This document shows, one piece after another, positions 9,644 through 19,753 of a stretch of 64,000 nt of DNA (the first letter of the stretch is position 1; each line of letters begins with the position of its first letter). The stretch comes from a bacterium BMS3Abin11 (GTDB lineage: Bacteria; Pseudomonadota; Gammaproteobacteria; BMS3Bbin11). Both the position numbers and the translations under genes were made by a program. The notes under the pieces were generated by a model. The model had not been told where the DNA came from and did not search any database. It saw only the letters and a list, made by a program, of their open reading frames with translations. The DNA lies in contig BDTD01000006.1 in assembly GCA_002897635.1 (NCBI GenBank), forward strand, positions 6,152 to 70,151, in the 5' to 3' direction.

Positions 9644-10087
9644 GTGCCAAGAATCCATCGTTCCGCTCTGGTTCACTACACGGCAGAAGAAATGTATCGC
9701 CTGGTAGCAGATGTACCAAAATATGCTGAATTCCTTCCCTGGTGCAGTGGTGCCAGGGTGTTGCAGGTGGAGGGCGATGAAGTAACAGCGCAGGTTGATA
9801 TTGCCTTCAAAAGCGTAAAACAGTCTTTTACAACTGTAAATAAACATATAGAGGGCAGGCAGATCAGCATGAGCCTGAAAGACGGTCCCTTCAGCTCTCT
9901 TAACGGTGTCTGGCAGTTTATTGATCTGGATGAGCAGGCAAGTAAGATTCTGTTTGAACTTGAATTTCATTTTTCCAACAAACTTGCCGGTGCTGTGATA
10001 GGCCCGGTTTTCAGTATGATCGCCAATGGTATGGTTGATGCTTTTCACCGGCGAGCGGTTGAAATATACGGCCCGAGAAGTTTATGA
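9644..10087 (+). CDS. ratA: RatA/PasT family SRPBCC (ubiquinone-binding) protein
   Basis: PRIHRSALVHYTAEEMYRLVADVPKYAEFLPWC is typical of this family. The GTG at 9644 is preceded by AGAGGA. The upstream ATG at 9614 lies inside the MITE terminal repeat. Confidence 0.8.
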   Translation: MPRIHRSALVHYTAEEMYRLVADVPKYAEFLPWCSGARVLQVEGDEVTAQVDIAFKSVKQSFTTVNKHIEGRQISMSLKDGPFSSLNGVWQFIDLDEQASKILFELEFHFSNKLAGAVIGPVFSMIANGMVDAFHRRAVEIYGPRSL

Positions 10088-10416
10088 GCGATTTACCAGA
10101 TTATGTATCAAAAGATACAGAAACTATGCATGTCGAGGTCATTTTTGCTTTGCCTGATGAGCAGGCAGTTTTAGACGTTGAGTTGCCCGGGCAGGCAACG
10201 GTGGATGATGCTATTAGACAGTCGAAGATCATGGAAAAATACCCCGAAATCGATCTTGAGGTAAATAAAACGGGGATTTTCGGCAAACCCGCAAAGAGAG
10301 ATACAGTCTTGCATCCCGGTGACAGGGTGGAGATCTACCGGCCTTTAATTGCAGACCCGAAAGAGATGCGTAAACAGAGAGCTAAAGGCAGACGAAAGAT
10401 AAAGGACGAAAGATGA
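10084..10416 (+). CDS. rnfH: RnfH family ubiquitin-like protein (YfjF/RatB-like)
   Basis: Carries GIFGKPAKRDTVLHPGDRVEIYRPLIADPKEMRKQRA. There is an ATGA start/stop overlap with ratA. Confidence 0.8.
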   Translation: MSDLPDYVSKDTETMHVEVIFALPDEQAVLDVELPGQATVDDAIRQSKIMEKYPEIDLEVNKTGIFGKPAKRDTVLHPGDRVEIYRPLIADPKEMRKQRAKGRRKIKDER

Positions 10417-10474
10417 AAGAAAAGCAGACAACGATTTTGAAAATCCTTAATCCTTAATCCTTAATCTCGAATCC
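10391..10474. repeat. Tandem heptamer repeats (GAYRAAA series, then TCCTTAA x3)
   Basis: Reads gacgaaa gataaag gacgaaa gatgaaa across the rnfH 3' end, then tccttaa x3 at 10444-10464. It lies between convergent rnfH and bamE. Confidence 0.7.
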
Positions 10475-10478
10475 ACGT

Positions 10479-10898
10479 CTATTTCCAGACCTTATCCCAG
10501 CTACGCTGGATTATTCCCCCTGTAGCAGGTTTTCCTTCAATCACTACTGTTTTCGTCTCGTTGGCTGGGGTTTTATCCTTCGATACGACATCGCTGATTA
10601 TTTGTGAAAGTTTGTCGTCTTTAAAATAGAGGGTGATCAATTGCTGTTCTGTCTTCTTTGCCCTTGCCTTGCGTAGCGAGTAGTAGTAGTCCCAGCGGTC
10701 CGGGTGGAAGCTATCCTGCAGCAGCGATGTGCCTATCAGGGCCTGAACATCATTTTTGCTCATACCCAGCTCTAGTCTGGCCAGACGATCAGGATCAACA
10801 ATATTACCCTGCTGTATATCATGCTTATAGGTTTTGATGCACGATGCAAGCAATAGCAAGGCCAGTAGTATTCCTGTAATGCGTAATAATTTCGACAT
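10479..10898 (-). CDS. bamE: Outer membrane protein assembly factor BamE
   Basis: Lipoprotein signal MSKLLRITGILLALLLLASC, then IQQGNIVDPDRLARLELGMSKNDVQALIGTSLL. The start was trimmed to 10898. Confidence 0.85.
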   Translation of the reverse strand: MSKLLRITGILLALLLLASCIKTYKHDIQQGNIVDPDRLARLELGMSKNDVQALIGTSLLQDSFHPDRWDYYYSLRKARAKKTEQQLITLYFKDDKLSQIISDVVSKDKTPANETKTVVIEGKPATGGIIQRSWDKVWK

Positions 10899-11266
10899 AC
10901 GAAAATTAACTCTTACTCTTTTAGACAGCATGGGATGATAGCTGATACTATCGGAACAGACTACTATTTTAAGGAGCCTCTGATTGATTGTGCCATATCT
11001 CTGGCTTACAGGCTGACCCACAATCAAGGCGAAGCTTTGAAAGCATGCCTGGGTCTGGTAAAAAGTTGCAACGCAGGGTGTGAATCAGCCTGTAAGCCCC
11101 GTAGGGCGAGTCCTGAAGCGCACATCTACGGCACTGTGCTTCTTGCAAAGGATCGGGCCATTCGCTGCGAAGCACGCTTTGTAGCTGCACGCTTCAGGTC
11201 TCGCAGAGACATGGCACAATTAATCAGGGGTTCCTTAACCCTTCAAATGATTCTCTGGAGCAGTAA

Positions 11267-11719
11267 ATGCCGGATAAAACAGACCTGAAGAAGGTCGGAC
11301 TGAAAAGGACTGTACCCAGGCTGAAGATTCTTAGCCTGCTTGAGTTAAGCGACCAGCGCCATTTAACGGCAGAAGATGTCTACCGCCAATTGCTGGATGC
11401 TGATGAAGATATCGGTCTCGCTACTGTTTATCGCGTTCTGACCCAGTTTGAAGGCGCAGGTTTGGTGATACGTCATCACTTCGAAGGTGGCAGCTCAGTC
11501 TTTGAGCTGAATGAAGGCAAACACCATGATCACATGGTTTGCCTGGAATGCGGCAAGGTATTCGAGTTTTTTGATTCGCGGATTGAAGACCGTCAAAAAC
11601 AGATCGCCGAAGAATCAGACTTCTGTATCGATGACCATAGCCTGTATCTGTATGGGGTTTGCGCGGGTATGAGAAAGAACGGGAAGTGTTCAAAAAGAAG
11701 ATTAAAGATGAAGGATTAA
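11267..11719 (+). CDS. fur: Ferric uptake regulator Fur
   Basis: Carries RLKILSLLE...HLTAEDVYRQL...GLATVYRVLTQFEGAGLV and HHDHMVCLECGKVFEF. Confidence 0.9.
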   Translation: MPDKTDLKKVGLKRTVPRLKILSLLELSDQRHLTAEDVYRQLLDADEDIGLATVYRVLTQFEGAGLVIRHHFEGGSSVFELNEGKHHDHMVCLECGKVFEFFDSRIEDRQKQIAEESDFCIDDHSLYLYGVCAGMRKNGKCSKRRLKMKD

Positions 11720-11775
11720 AGATGCAAAGATGGATTACCGGTTTTTCTTTCCTCTTTAATCTTTTATCCTTTATC
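11690..11775. repeat. Heptamer-repeat palindrome at the fur / recN convergent junction
   Basis: agattaaagatgaaggattaaagatgcaaagatgg faces cctctttaatcttttatcctttatc. The left arm encodes the last residues of Fur. Confidence 0.6.
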
Positions 11776-11780
11776 TGATT

Positions 11781-13448
11781 TTAGCCGTTAGCCTGTTTCA
11801 GCATCTCAACCGCATGCGCACGCGTCTGCTCAGTGATATCAATACCTCCCATCATACGGGCAATTTCTTCCACTCTTTGTTTTTCTTCCAGGGAGTCTAT
11901 GCAGGCTTCTACCGGATCACCGGATTTGCTGATCAATATTTGTTGATGGGCATTGGCCGCCACCTGTGCCAGGTGGGTGATACACAGTACCTGTCGAACG
12001 GTCCCCAGTTTTGCCAGCTGCTGACCGACGATTTCTGCTACCCGACCACCGATGCCTACATCAATTTCGTCGAAAATCAGTGTCGAAATGGTGGATGATT
12101 CCATCACACAGACTTGAAGTGCCAGGGCGATACGCGACAATTCACCACCTGAGGCGACTTTGTTCAGGGGCTGTGGGGATTGTCCGGGGTTTGCAGCGAC
12201 CAGATATTCGATTTTATCCAGCCCATGACGTCTGGGATTGGCCAGCTCAGTACCGCTTAGTTTAATGACAAAACTCCCACCTTCCATGCCCAGTTTCTGC
12301 ATGCGAGCGGTGACTTCTTCAGAAAGCCTGATGGCTGTCTGCCTGCGTCGCTGAGAAACCTTTTTTGCCTGATCCTGGTATTTTGTAAAATGTTCTGCGA
12401 GTTCTTTTTCCAGTTCAGTTATCCGTTTTTCACCGGATTCCAGATCGTGTAATTGTTGCTTCAGGTTGCCTAGTTGGGCCGATAGATCGCCAGGGTTTAT
12501 GCGGTGTTTGCGCGCAAGGTCATGAATACTTCCCATCCGTTGGTTGATCCAGTCCATACGTTGTGGGTTGCTGTCCATCTGATCGAGATATTGTCTCAGC
12601 AGAATACTGGCCTCATCGATATGGATGCTGGCATTCAGCAGCAGCTGATTGATATCAGACAGTGCCGGGTCGAATCGTTCGAGCTGCTGCAGACCGTTAA
12701 TCACCTTATTCAGCTGTTGCTCTATTGCTGCATTGTCATCATTACTCAGGCGAAGAAGATTTTCATTAATACCGGTTATCAGATCACTGGCATTGGCCAG
12801 GCGGCGGTGTTCTTCTTCAAGCGCTTCGATTTCATGTTCTTCCAGTGCCAGTTGTTCTAGTTCATTGGTTTGATAGCGCAATAATTCGATCTGGTCTTCA
12901 CCCTTGTCGTCAACACTGCGTAGCTGATCAAGGTTCTGCTGGCAATTCTGAATAGCTTCATAATGCCTGGCAAGTAAATCAAGTGCCGATTGGTGATCGG
13001 TGATGGAGTCCAGTATCTCACGCTGGTCATCAAGCCGCAGCAGCGATTGATGTTCATGCTGGCCATGAACATCAACCAGCAGGTCGCCTAGTTGTCTTAG
13101 CTGTTGCATGGTGACGGGTCGGCCATTGATGAATCCGCGGCTAGGCCCGCTGTGGGGTAAAATTCGGCGTAAGATACATTCCTGCTCAGCATACAGTAAC
13201 TGTTCTTTAAGCCAGACAGTGGCTTCAGTGCAGGTACTGAGATCAAAAGCGGCGATGATCTCGGCATGATCTTCCCCGTGCCGGATGACGTTACTGGACG
13301 TGCGTCCACCGAGCACCAGATTCAGTGCATCGATGAGAATCGATTTACCGGCTCCGGTTTCACCGGTGATTGCCGTCATGCCTTCGCACAGACCAAGTTC
13401 TGCTTCACGTACAATCACAAAATTTCTAAGATACAGAGATGAAAGCAT
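11781..13448 (-). CDS. recN: DNA repair protein RecN
   Basis: Walker A GETGAGKSILIDAL, a long coiled-coil middle, and the SMC signature ASGGELSRIALAL. Confidence 0.93.
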   Translation of the reverse strand: MLSSLYLRNFVIVREAELGLCEGMTAITGETGAGKSILIDALNLVLGGRTSSNVIRHGEDHAEIIAAFDLSTCTEATVWLKEQLLYAEQECILRRILPHSGPSRGFINGRPVTMQQLRQLGDLLVDVHGQHEHQSLLRLDDQREILDSITDHQSALDLLARHYEAIQNCQQNLDQLRSVDDKGEDQIELLRYQTNELEQLALEEHEIEALEEEHRRLANASDLITGINENLLRLSNDDNAAIEQQLNKVINGLQQLERFDPALSDINQLLLNASIHIDEASILLRQYLDQMDSNPQRMDWINQRMGSIHDLARKHRINPGDLSAQLGNLKQQLHDLESGEKRITELEKELAEHFTKYQDQAKKVSQRRRQTAIRLSEEVTARMQKLGMEGGSFVIKLSGTELANPRRHGLDKIEYLVAANPGQSPQPLNKVASGGELSRIALALQVCVMESSTISTLIFDEIDVGIGGRVAEIVGQQLAKLGTVRQVLCITHLAQVAANAHQQILISKSGDPVEACIDSLEEKQRVEEIARMMGGIDITEQTRAHAVEMLKQANG

Positions 13449-13487
13449 TTAGTGATTATTCAGATGATAATGTTGCAATAACAGATT

Positions 13488-14315
13488 TTAGCCCCAGCCC
13501 AGTTTGGCACGTAAGACATCATAATGGCTATGATTGACCGGGCGTAGTAACTTAACACGATGCTCGGCCATTTTTACATTAACTGTGTCACCGTCCTGCA
13601 GGCGCACAGCGGATTGACCGTCAAAACTGAGATAGCAATTGTCCTGTCCGCTGTCCAGCATACGGATGCATACGCAACTCTGGCTACTGATGACCAGTGG
13701 CCTGAAACTGAGGGTGTGCGGACAGATAGGTACCACTGCAAGTGCTTCCAGCTCCGGTGCCAGAATAGGGCCATTTGCTGACAGGGCATAGGCCGTAGAA
13801 CCCGTTGGTGAAGCAATAATAATACCGTCTGCTCGTGCTGTGTTGACGTGTGTGTCATCGATCAGGGTCTCAAACTCAATTAAACGTGCCAGTTCACCCT
13901 TGCTGACCACAACATCATTTAGTGCTTCAGCATGGTGGATGACTTCTCCGGTACGGGACAGACTGGCTTGCAGCAGAATTCGTTCTTCCTGCTGATAGTT
14001 ACCGTGCAGGATTTCCTGCAGAATCTTTGCCATGTCCTCGCGGGGAATATCGACCAGGAAGCCCAGACGGCCAAGATTAATGCCTGCCAGCGGAATATCC
14101 TGTGCGGCAATCTCGCGTGCGACATGTAATAGAGTGCCATCACCGCCAACCACAATGGCCAGGTCGGCTACCGTATTATTGGCATCTTCATTTTCCTGTC
14201 GCTTAACTTCACAACCCAGTTTGAGTAGACACGCCTGTAACTGATCGGCGACCGTCCGTGCGGATGGATCATTGCGTCGAGAAAATATCGATATGGTTTT
14301 AAAAACTAGTGACAT
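13488..14315 (-). CDS. nadK: NAD kinase
   Basis: Carries the VVGGDGTLL motif and ASPTGSTAYALSANGPI. Confidence 0.9.
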   Translation of the reverse strand: MSLVFKTISIFSRRNDPSARTVADQLQACLLKLGCEVKRQENEDANNTVADLAIVVGGDGTLLHVAREIAAQDIPLAGINLGRLGFLVDIPREDMAKILQEILHGNYQQEERILLQASLSRTGEVIHHAEALNDVVVSKGELARLIEFETLIDDTHVNTARADGIIIASPTGSTAYALSANGPILAPELEALAVVPICPHTLSFRPLVISSQSCVCIRMLDSGQDNCYLSFDGQSAVRLQDGDTVNVKMAEHRVKLLRPVNHSHYDVLRAKLGWG

Positions 14316-14347
14316 TTAATGTCAGGCTCCTGTTTATCCAGTTGGAT

Positions 14348-14504
14348 GGGCATCTCTATTAATCCTGGATAGTCAGATTGTGATTCAAAATCAGTCATAT
14401 CAAGGCAATGATCGCACGTAATAGTTTGCTATTGCGAAGATTCTTAACGCAGAGATGGCAGGTTTTGGACATAATATGATTATTCATGATTAATAAAGAT
14501 ACCC
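14348..14504. mobile_element. MITE copy (degenerate ends)
   Basis: Starts GGGCATCTCTATTAATC and ends GATTAATAAAGATACCC. It contains the core ATCGCACGTAATAGTTTGCTATTGCGAAG shared with the 39656 and 53188 copies. Confidence 0.7.
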
Positions 14505-14644
14505 ATATAGATTAATCGACTTGCCGATAGAACGGAAGAGTTTAAGGATGAACTTTATTGTTACCAGCCGATGGGTATAATGTCTATTATTCAGGAATAT
14601 ACTCTTTATGTTACAGAAAAATTGTTCACAATAAATATTACCAG

Positions 14645-15679
14645 ATGACTGAACCACTCAATACACGAGCTGAAATTCTGCTAAAAACCCTGATCGAGCA
14701 ATATATCGAGGGTGGGCAGCCAGTTGGCTCTAAACAGCTACTGAAACGTTCTGGCCTGAGTGTGAGTGCCGCAACGATCAGAAATGTGATGGTGGATCTG
14801 GAACAAATGGGACTGGTACATGCTCCCCATACCTCAGCCGGGCGAGTGCCTACCCAAAGCGGTTACCGGTTGTTTGTAGATTCCCTGATTCAGATTAAAC
14901 CGGTGACACCCGTTATGAGCCAGGAGTTTGCTGCCAGTTTTTCCGGTGAGGTCGATGTCGATACGCTGGTATTTTCCGCCTCCAGCCTGCTGTCGGATGT
15001 TACACGCTTTGCCGGTGTTGTTATGGTGTCGAATACCGATCAGGAAATATTTAAACAGATTGAATTTCTGAATCTGGGGCATAGTCGGTTGCTGGTTATT
15101 CTGGTCAGTGAAGATGGGCGTGTGCAAAACAGGGTGATAACAATCGACAGAGAATATTCTCCATCAGAACTGGTAGAGGCGGCGAACTTCTTTAACGAAA
15201 CCTTTAGCGGTCAGGCACTGGACAGTGTCAAAATGATGCTGCTCCAACGCATGGAAAAGGACACAGCAGGCATGAACCGGGTTATTAAGGAGGCGATTTC
15301 CCTGGCAAGACAGGCCTTTGATGATAGAGCAGCGTCAGAAAATAATTTGATGATCAGTGGTGAAGAGCAACTCATTGATATCCCCGATCTGAGTAATAAT
15401 GAGACCCTGAGGCGATTATTAGGCTCCTTCAAGACCAAACAGGACTTGCTGGATCTGCTGGAACGCAGCCTGGGCGTTGAGGGCATCAAGATATTTATCG
15501 GCGAGGAATCCGGCTATAAGGCCTTTGCCGACTGCTCAGTTGTTACAGCACCTTTCTGCCGGGAAGGTGAGCGGGTCGGTACCCTGGGAGTCGTCGGGCC
15601 AACCCGCATGGATTACGAAGGCATCATCCCGATCGTCGATATTACAGCCCGTTTATTGTCGAACGCACTGAGTAGTTAA
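14645..15679 (+). CDS. hrcA: Heat-inducible transcription repressor HrcA
   Basis: Carries LNTRAEILLKTLIEQYIEGGQPVGSKQLL...ATIRNVMVDLEQMGL and GTLGVVGPTRMDY. The start was trimmed to the ATG at 14645. Confidence 0.9.
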   Translation: MTEPLNTRAEILLKTLIEQYIEGGQPVGSKQLLKRSGLSVSAATIRNVMVDLEQMGLVHAPHTSAGRVPTQSGYRLFVDSLIQIKPVTPVMSQEFAASFSGEVDVDTLVFSASSLLSDVTRFAGVVMVSNTDQEIFKQIEFLNLGHSRLLVILVSEDGRVQNRVITIDREYSPSELVEAANFFNETFSGQALDSVKMMLLQRMEKDTAGMNRVIKEAISLARQAFDDRAASENNLMISGEEQLIDIPDLSNNETLRRLLGSFKTKQDLLDLLERSLGVEGIKIFIGEESGYKAFADCSVVTAPFCREGERVGTLGVVGPTRMDYEGIIPIVDITARLLSNALSS

Positions 15680-15706
15680 ATGGCCTCAATTTCCTATTTC
15701 CAGGAC

Positions 15707-15734
15707 CTTGAAACCTTGAGCTATATCCCCACTT
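15707..15734 (+). promoter_or_regulatory. Sigma-32-type heat-shock promoter upstream of grpE
   Basis: CTTGAAA, a 13-nt spacer, then CCCCACTT. This is close to the consensus CTTGAAA-N13/14-CCCCATNT. Confidence 0.6.
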
Positions 15735-15771
15735 AATGGCAATATAATTTCTTTTATACAGAGATAATCTA

Positions 15772-16344
15772 ATGACCAGTAAAGCAAAGGAAGAAATGAG
15801 AGAAAAAGATGAACACGACCTCGAAGAAGTTGAGGTTGAAGAAGTCCTTGAAGAATTCAACGAACATAATCGGGAAGTCTCTCATCAACAGTTTGAGGAA
15901 ATGCGCGAGGCGCTGGCAAAAGCGGAAGACGAAGTGCTGCGTAGTCGTGCCGAAGTTGAAAATATCCGTCGCCGTGCAGAGAATGACGTTGCCAGTGCGC
16001 GCAAGTTTGCGGTCGAGAAATTTGCTGCAGAAGTATTACTGGTTAGAGACAGCCTTGATCATGCCAGAAAAATTGATCTGAACCAGGGAAATCGTGAAAT
16101 TCTGGAGAAAATGAAAGAAGGTCTGGATCTGACTATGAAGCAGCTTGAGACAGCGATGGAAAAATTTAATATAAAAGAAATTGTACCGCAGGTGGGTGAA
16201 CGACTGGATCCGGAAAAACATCAGGCGGTAGGTCTGATAGAAGCCGAGGGTATTGATGCCAATTGTATTGCTCAGGTGATACAGAAAGGTTTTACCATCA
16301 ATGACCGCCTGCTGCGTCCAGCGATGGTAATGGTGGCTAAATAG
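15772..16344 (+). CDS. grpE: Nucleotide exchange factor GrpE
   Basis: Acidic N-terminus, then LRSRAEVENIRRRAENDV and the C-terminal GFTINDRLLRPAMVMV. Confidence 0.93.
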   Translation: MTSKAKEEMREKDEHDLEEVEVEEVLEEFNEHNREVSHQQFEEMREALAKAEDEVLRSRAEVENIRRRAENDVASARKFAVEKFAAEVLLVRDSLDHARKIDLNQGNREILEKMKEGLDLTMKQLETAMEKFNIKEIVPQVGERLDPEKHQAVGLIEAEGIDANCIAQVIQKGFTINDRLLRPAMVMVAK

Positions 16345-16350
16345 AACAGA

Positions 16351-16415
16351 GTTTCAGGTTTTACGTGTCAGGTTTCAGGTTTTAATCCGTAAATTGTAAT
16401 CCGCAACCCGTAAAC
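16351..16415. repeat. Heptamer-type repeats after grpE
   Basis: Reads tttcaggttttacgtgtcaggtttcaggtttta, followed by the partly complementary atccgtaaattgtaatccgcaacccgtaaacc. Confidence 0.5.
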
Positions 16416-16443
16416 CTTGTTTTTCTGCCGCTAGCCCCTATCT
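16416..16443 (+). promoter_or_regulatory. Possible sigma-32-like promoter upstream of dnaK
   Basis: CTTGTTT, 12 nt, then CCCCTATCT. This is a weaker match than the grpE site. Confidence 0.4.
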
Positions 16444-16481
16444 ATCAAGCAGTTAAAGAATTGTCAACGAGGACATAAAAA

Positions 16482-18407
16482 ATGGGAAAAATAATCGGTA
16501 TTGATCTGGGTACCACCAACTCATGTGTGGCGGTAATGGAAGGTGGGGAAGCTCGTGTGCTGGAAAATAGTGAAGGTGAACGCACGACCCCTTCTATCAT
16601 TGCTTATATGGATGATGAAGTAGTCGTTGGTGCACCGGCCAAGCGTCAGGCCGTTACCAATCCTGCCAATACCCTGTATGCCATCAAGCGACTGATCGGT
16701 CGAAAGTTTGATGAAGATGTTGTGCAGCGTGATATCGAACTGATGCCCTACAAGATACTGAAGGCAAAAAATGGCGATGCATGGGTTGAAGTCCATGGAA
16801 AGAAGATGGCACCGCCGGAAGTTTCTGCTCGCGTACTGATGAAGCTGAAAGCGGATGCAGAAGCCTTTTTAGGCGAGGAAGTGACAGAAGCGGTTGTCAC
16901 CGTGCCGGCCTACTTTAATGATTCCCAGCGCCAGGCGACCAAGGATGCCGGCAAGATTGCCGGTCTGGATGTTAAGCGCATCATCAATGAGCCGACAGCG
17001 GCAGCGCTCGCCTTCGGTATGGATAATAAAGAAGGCGACCGCACCGTGGCGATTTATGATCTTGGCGGTGGTACGTTTGATATCTCCATCATTGAGATAG
17101 CGGAGGTTGATGGCGAGCACCAGTTTGAAGTACTGTCTACCAATGGTGATACTTTCCTTGGTGGTGAAGATTTTGATCATCGTATCATCGATTATCTTGC
17201 AGATAATTTTAATAAGGAGCAGGGTGTAGATCTTCGTGGTGATGCAATAGCTCTACAGCGTCTGAAAGAAGCAGCTGAAAAAGCAAAAATCGAGCTGTCA
17301 TCAACCACGCAGACTGAAATTAATTTGCCTTACATTACAGCAGATGCCAGCGGGCCAAAGCATCTTACTGCCAAGATAACCCGTTCAAAACTGGAGTCAC
17401 TGGTGGAAGATCTGGTTAAACGCTCCATTGATCCATGTAAGATCGCACTTAAAGACGCCGATATTAGTACCTCTGAAATCAGTGACATCATTCTTGTCGG
17501 TGGTCAGACACGTATGCCGATGGTGCAGGAAGCCGTTAAAGATTTCTTTGGCAAGGAGCCACGTAAGGACGTTAACCCCGATGAAGCGGTTGCCCTTGGT
17601 GCGGCCATACAGGGTGGTGTACTCGGTGGTGATGTCAAAGATGTACTGTTGTTGGATGTTACACCGCTGTCTCTCGGTATCGAGACCATGGGTGGCGTGA
17701 TGACCAAGCTGATCGAAAAGAATACAACGATTCCTACCAAGGCATCGCAGATCTTCTCTACCGCGGAGGATAATCAGAATGCCGTAACTGTACATGTGTT
17801 GCAGGGCGAGCGTGAAATTGCTTCCGGCAATAAATCACTGGGTCGTTTTGATCTGACTGATATCCCGCCTGCTCCACGTGGTATGCCGCAGATTGAAGTG
17901 ACTTTCGATATTGATGCCAACGGTATCATGCATGTAACAGCAAAAGACAAGGCAACAGGTAAGGAAAACAAGATTATTATCAAGTCCAGTTCCGGTCTCA
18001 GTGATGATGAGATCGAAAAGATGGTTCGTGATGCCGAAGAGCATGCCGATGAAGATCGCCTGGCTAAAGAACTGGTTGATGCGCGTAACCAGGGCGATGC
18101 CATGTTACATTCGGTGCGTAAATCACTGACCGATCTGGCTGATAAAGTCGATGCTTCTGATAAGGAAAATATCGAGACGGCAGCCGCTGAGCTTGAAGAA
18201 GCGCTGAAAGGCGATGACAAGGCCGATATTGAAGCGAAAACTGAAGCGCTTACTACTGCTAGTCATAAGCTTGCAGAGCAGGCCTATGCCGATGCGGGCG
18301 GTACTGATGCAGGTGCAGAAGCGGCTGGTAGCGATCAGCCTGAAGCAACAGCCGGTGATGATGTAGTCGATGCTGAGTTCGAGGAAGTGAAGGACGATAA
18401 GAAATAA
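16482..18407 (+). CDS. dnaK: Chaperone DnaK (Hsp70)
   Basis: Carries [24 protein letters not shown] and [11 protein letters not shown]. Confidence 0.98.
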   Translation: MGKIIGIDLGTTNSCVAVMEGGEARVLENSEGERTTPSIIAYMDDEVVVGAPAKRQAVTNPANTLYAIKRLIGRKFDEDVVQRDIELMPYKILKAKNGDAWVEVHGKKMAPPEVSARVLMKLKADAEAFLGEEVTEAVVTVPAYFNDSQRQATKDAGKIAGLDVKRIINEPTAAALAFGMDNKEGDRTVAIYDLGGGTFDISIIEIAEVDGEHQFEVLSTNGDTFLGGEDFDHRIIDYLADNFNKEQGVDLRGDAIALQRLKEAAEKAKIELSSTTQTEINLPYITADASGPKHLTAKITRSKLESLVEDLVKRSIDPCKIALKDADISTSEISDIILVGGQTRMPMVQEAVKDFFGKEPRKDVNPDEAVALGAAIQGGVLGGDVKDVLLLDVTPLSLGIETMGGVMTKLIEKNTTIPTKASQIFSTAEDNQNAVTVHVLQGEREIASGNKSLGRFDLTDIPPAPRGMPQIEVTFDIDANGIMHVTAKDKATGKENKIIIKSSSGLSDDEIEKMVRDAEEHADEDRLAKELVDARNQGDAMLHSVRKSLTDLADKVDASDKENIETAAAELEEALKGDDKADIEAKTEALTTASHKLAEQAYADAGGTDAGAEAAGSDQPEATAGDDVVDAEFEEVKDDKK

Positions 18408-18502
18408 ATCTGGTCGTCGAAACAGGTTATCAATATGATGAAAAAGGCACGGCTGGAAACAGCTGTGCCTTTTCGTCATTCAGGATGGGTAGAAAAAGAA
18501 AG

Positions 18503-19630
18503 ATGTCCAAGCGTGATTATTATGAGGTTCTCGGTGTACAGAAAAATGCCTCCGAGGCTGAAATAAAGAAGGCATATCGCCGTCTGGCAATGAAACATCA
18601 TCCGGATCGTAATCCGGATAATAAAGGTGCTGAAGCCAACTTCAAGGAAGCCAAGGAAGCCTATGAAGTGCTGGCAGATGCACAGAAGCGCTCTGCTTAT
18701 GATCAGTTTGGTCATGCCGGTGTCGATCCATCTATGGGTGGTGGTCCGGGGGCAGCTGGGGGGGCAGGCTTTGGTGATGCTTTCGGTGATATCTTCGGTG
18801 ATATCTTTGGCGGTGGACGTCGCGCTCAGAGACAGAATCGTGGCAGTGACCTTAGATATAACATGGAGCTGAGTCTTGAAGATGCAGTAAACGGCACCGA
18901 GGTACAGATTCGTGTGCCGGTATTGTCGATCTGTGAAACCTGTAATGGCAGCGGCACCCGTAAGGGCAGTACTCCCCGGACATGCACTACCTGCGGTGGC
19001 CACGGTGAAGTGCGTATGCAGCAGGGTTTTTTCTCTGTGCAGCAGACCTGTCCGCAGTGTCGCGGTAAGGGGGAGATCATTACCGATCCCTGTCCAGATT
19101 GCCATGGTCAGGGCAGGGTCAACAAACGCAAAAAATTATCCGTTAAAATTCCAGCCGGTGTCGATGAGGGCGATCAGGTCAGGCTCGCCGGTGAAGGTGA
19201 AGCAGCACCACACGGCGGTGTGGCAGGTGATCTCTATGTTGCAGTACATCTGAAAAAACACCCTATCTTCCAGCGTGAAGATACCCACCTATTTTGTGAA
19301 ACACCGGTAAGTTTCACACTATTATCATTGGGCGGTACTCTGGAAATCCCCACTCTAGATGGCCGTGCAAATTTGAAAATCCCTGCCGGCACGCAGACAG
19401 ATAAAGTGTTTCGATTACATGGTAAAGGCGTGCGTAATGTCAGAGGCAGTCAGCGCGGCGATCTGTTCTGCAAGGTGATTGTTGAAACACCGGTAAATCT
19501 GAGTAGGGAACAGAAGGAATTGCTGGAGCAACTTGACGCCAGTATGCGCGTAGGTGGGAAGCGACATAGTCCAAAAGAGGGTTCGTGGACAGACAAAATC
19601 AAGTCATTTCTGGATGATATTGTTTCCTGA
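18503..19630 (+). CDS. dnaJ: Co-chaperone DnaJ
   Basis: The J-domain is DYYEVLGV...HPDRNP, followed by a G/F-rich region and four CxxCxGxG zinc motifs. The start is set at MSKRDYY. Confidence 0.96.
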   Translation: MSKRDYYEVLGVQKNASEAEIKKAYRRLAMKHHPDRNPDNKGAEANFKEAKEAYEVLADAQKRSAYDQFGHAGVDPSMGGGPGAAGGAGFGDAFGDIFGDIFGGGRRAQRQNRGSDLRYNMELSLEDAVNGTEVQIRVPVLSICETCNGSGTRKGSTPRTCTTCGGHGEVRMQQGFFSVQQTCPQCRGKGEIITDPCPDCHGQGRVNKRKKLSVKIPAGVDEGDQVRLAGEGEAAPHGGVAGDLYVAVHLKKHPIFQREDTHLFCETPVSFTLLSLGGTLEIPTLDGRANLKIPAGTQTDKVFRLHGKGVRNVRGSQRGDLFCKVIVETPVNLSREQKELLEQLDASMRVGGKRHSPKEGSWTDKIKSFLDDIVS

Positions 19631-19650
19631 GAAACCTCTTAAACTTTCAA

Positions 19651-19686
19651 CCAGTAAATACTACTGTTAACAGTAGTATTTACTGG
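19651..19686 (+). terminator. Perfect 36-nt palindrome after dnaJ (hairpin, no T-run)
   Basis: CCAGTAAATACTACTGTT / AACAGTAGTATTTACTGG, 20 nt after the dnaJ stop. Confidence 0.45.
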
Positions 19687-19753
19687 CTCCGATAAAGCGC
19701 TATCAATATTGAAAGTTCTTCTTGATTCCCATAATTAATAAGCAGGATTATTA

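Noticed and set aside
13449-13487. LexA (SOS) box upstream of recN.
   Set aside because: The only candidate, CTGTTATTGCAACATT on the minus strand, lacks the ACAG half of CTGT-N8-ACAG. The 39-nt gap to nadK suggests co-transcription or a non-enteric LexA motif that I cannot judge.
14316-14644. CIRCE operator for HrcA in the hrcA upstream region.
   Set aside because: The inverted repeats seen here belong to the MITE at 14348-14504. No TTAGCACTC-N9-GAGTGCTAA pattern was spotted.
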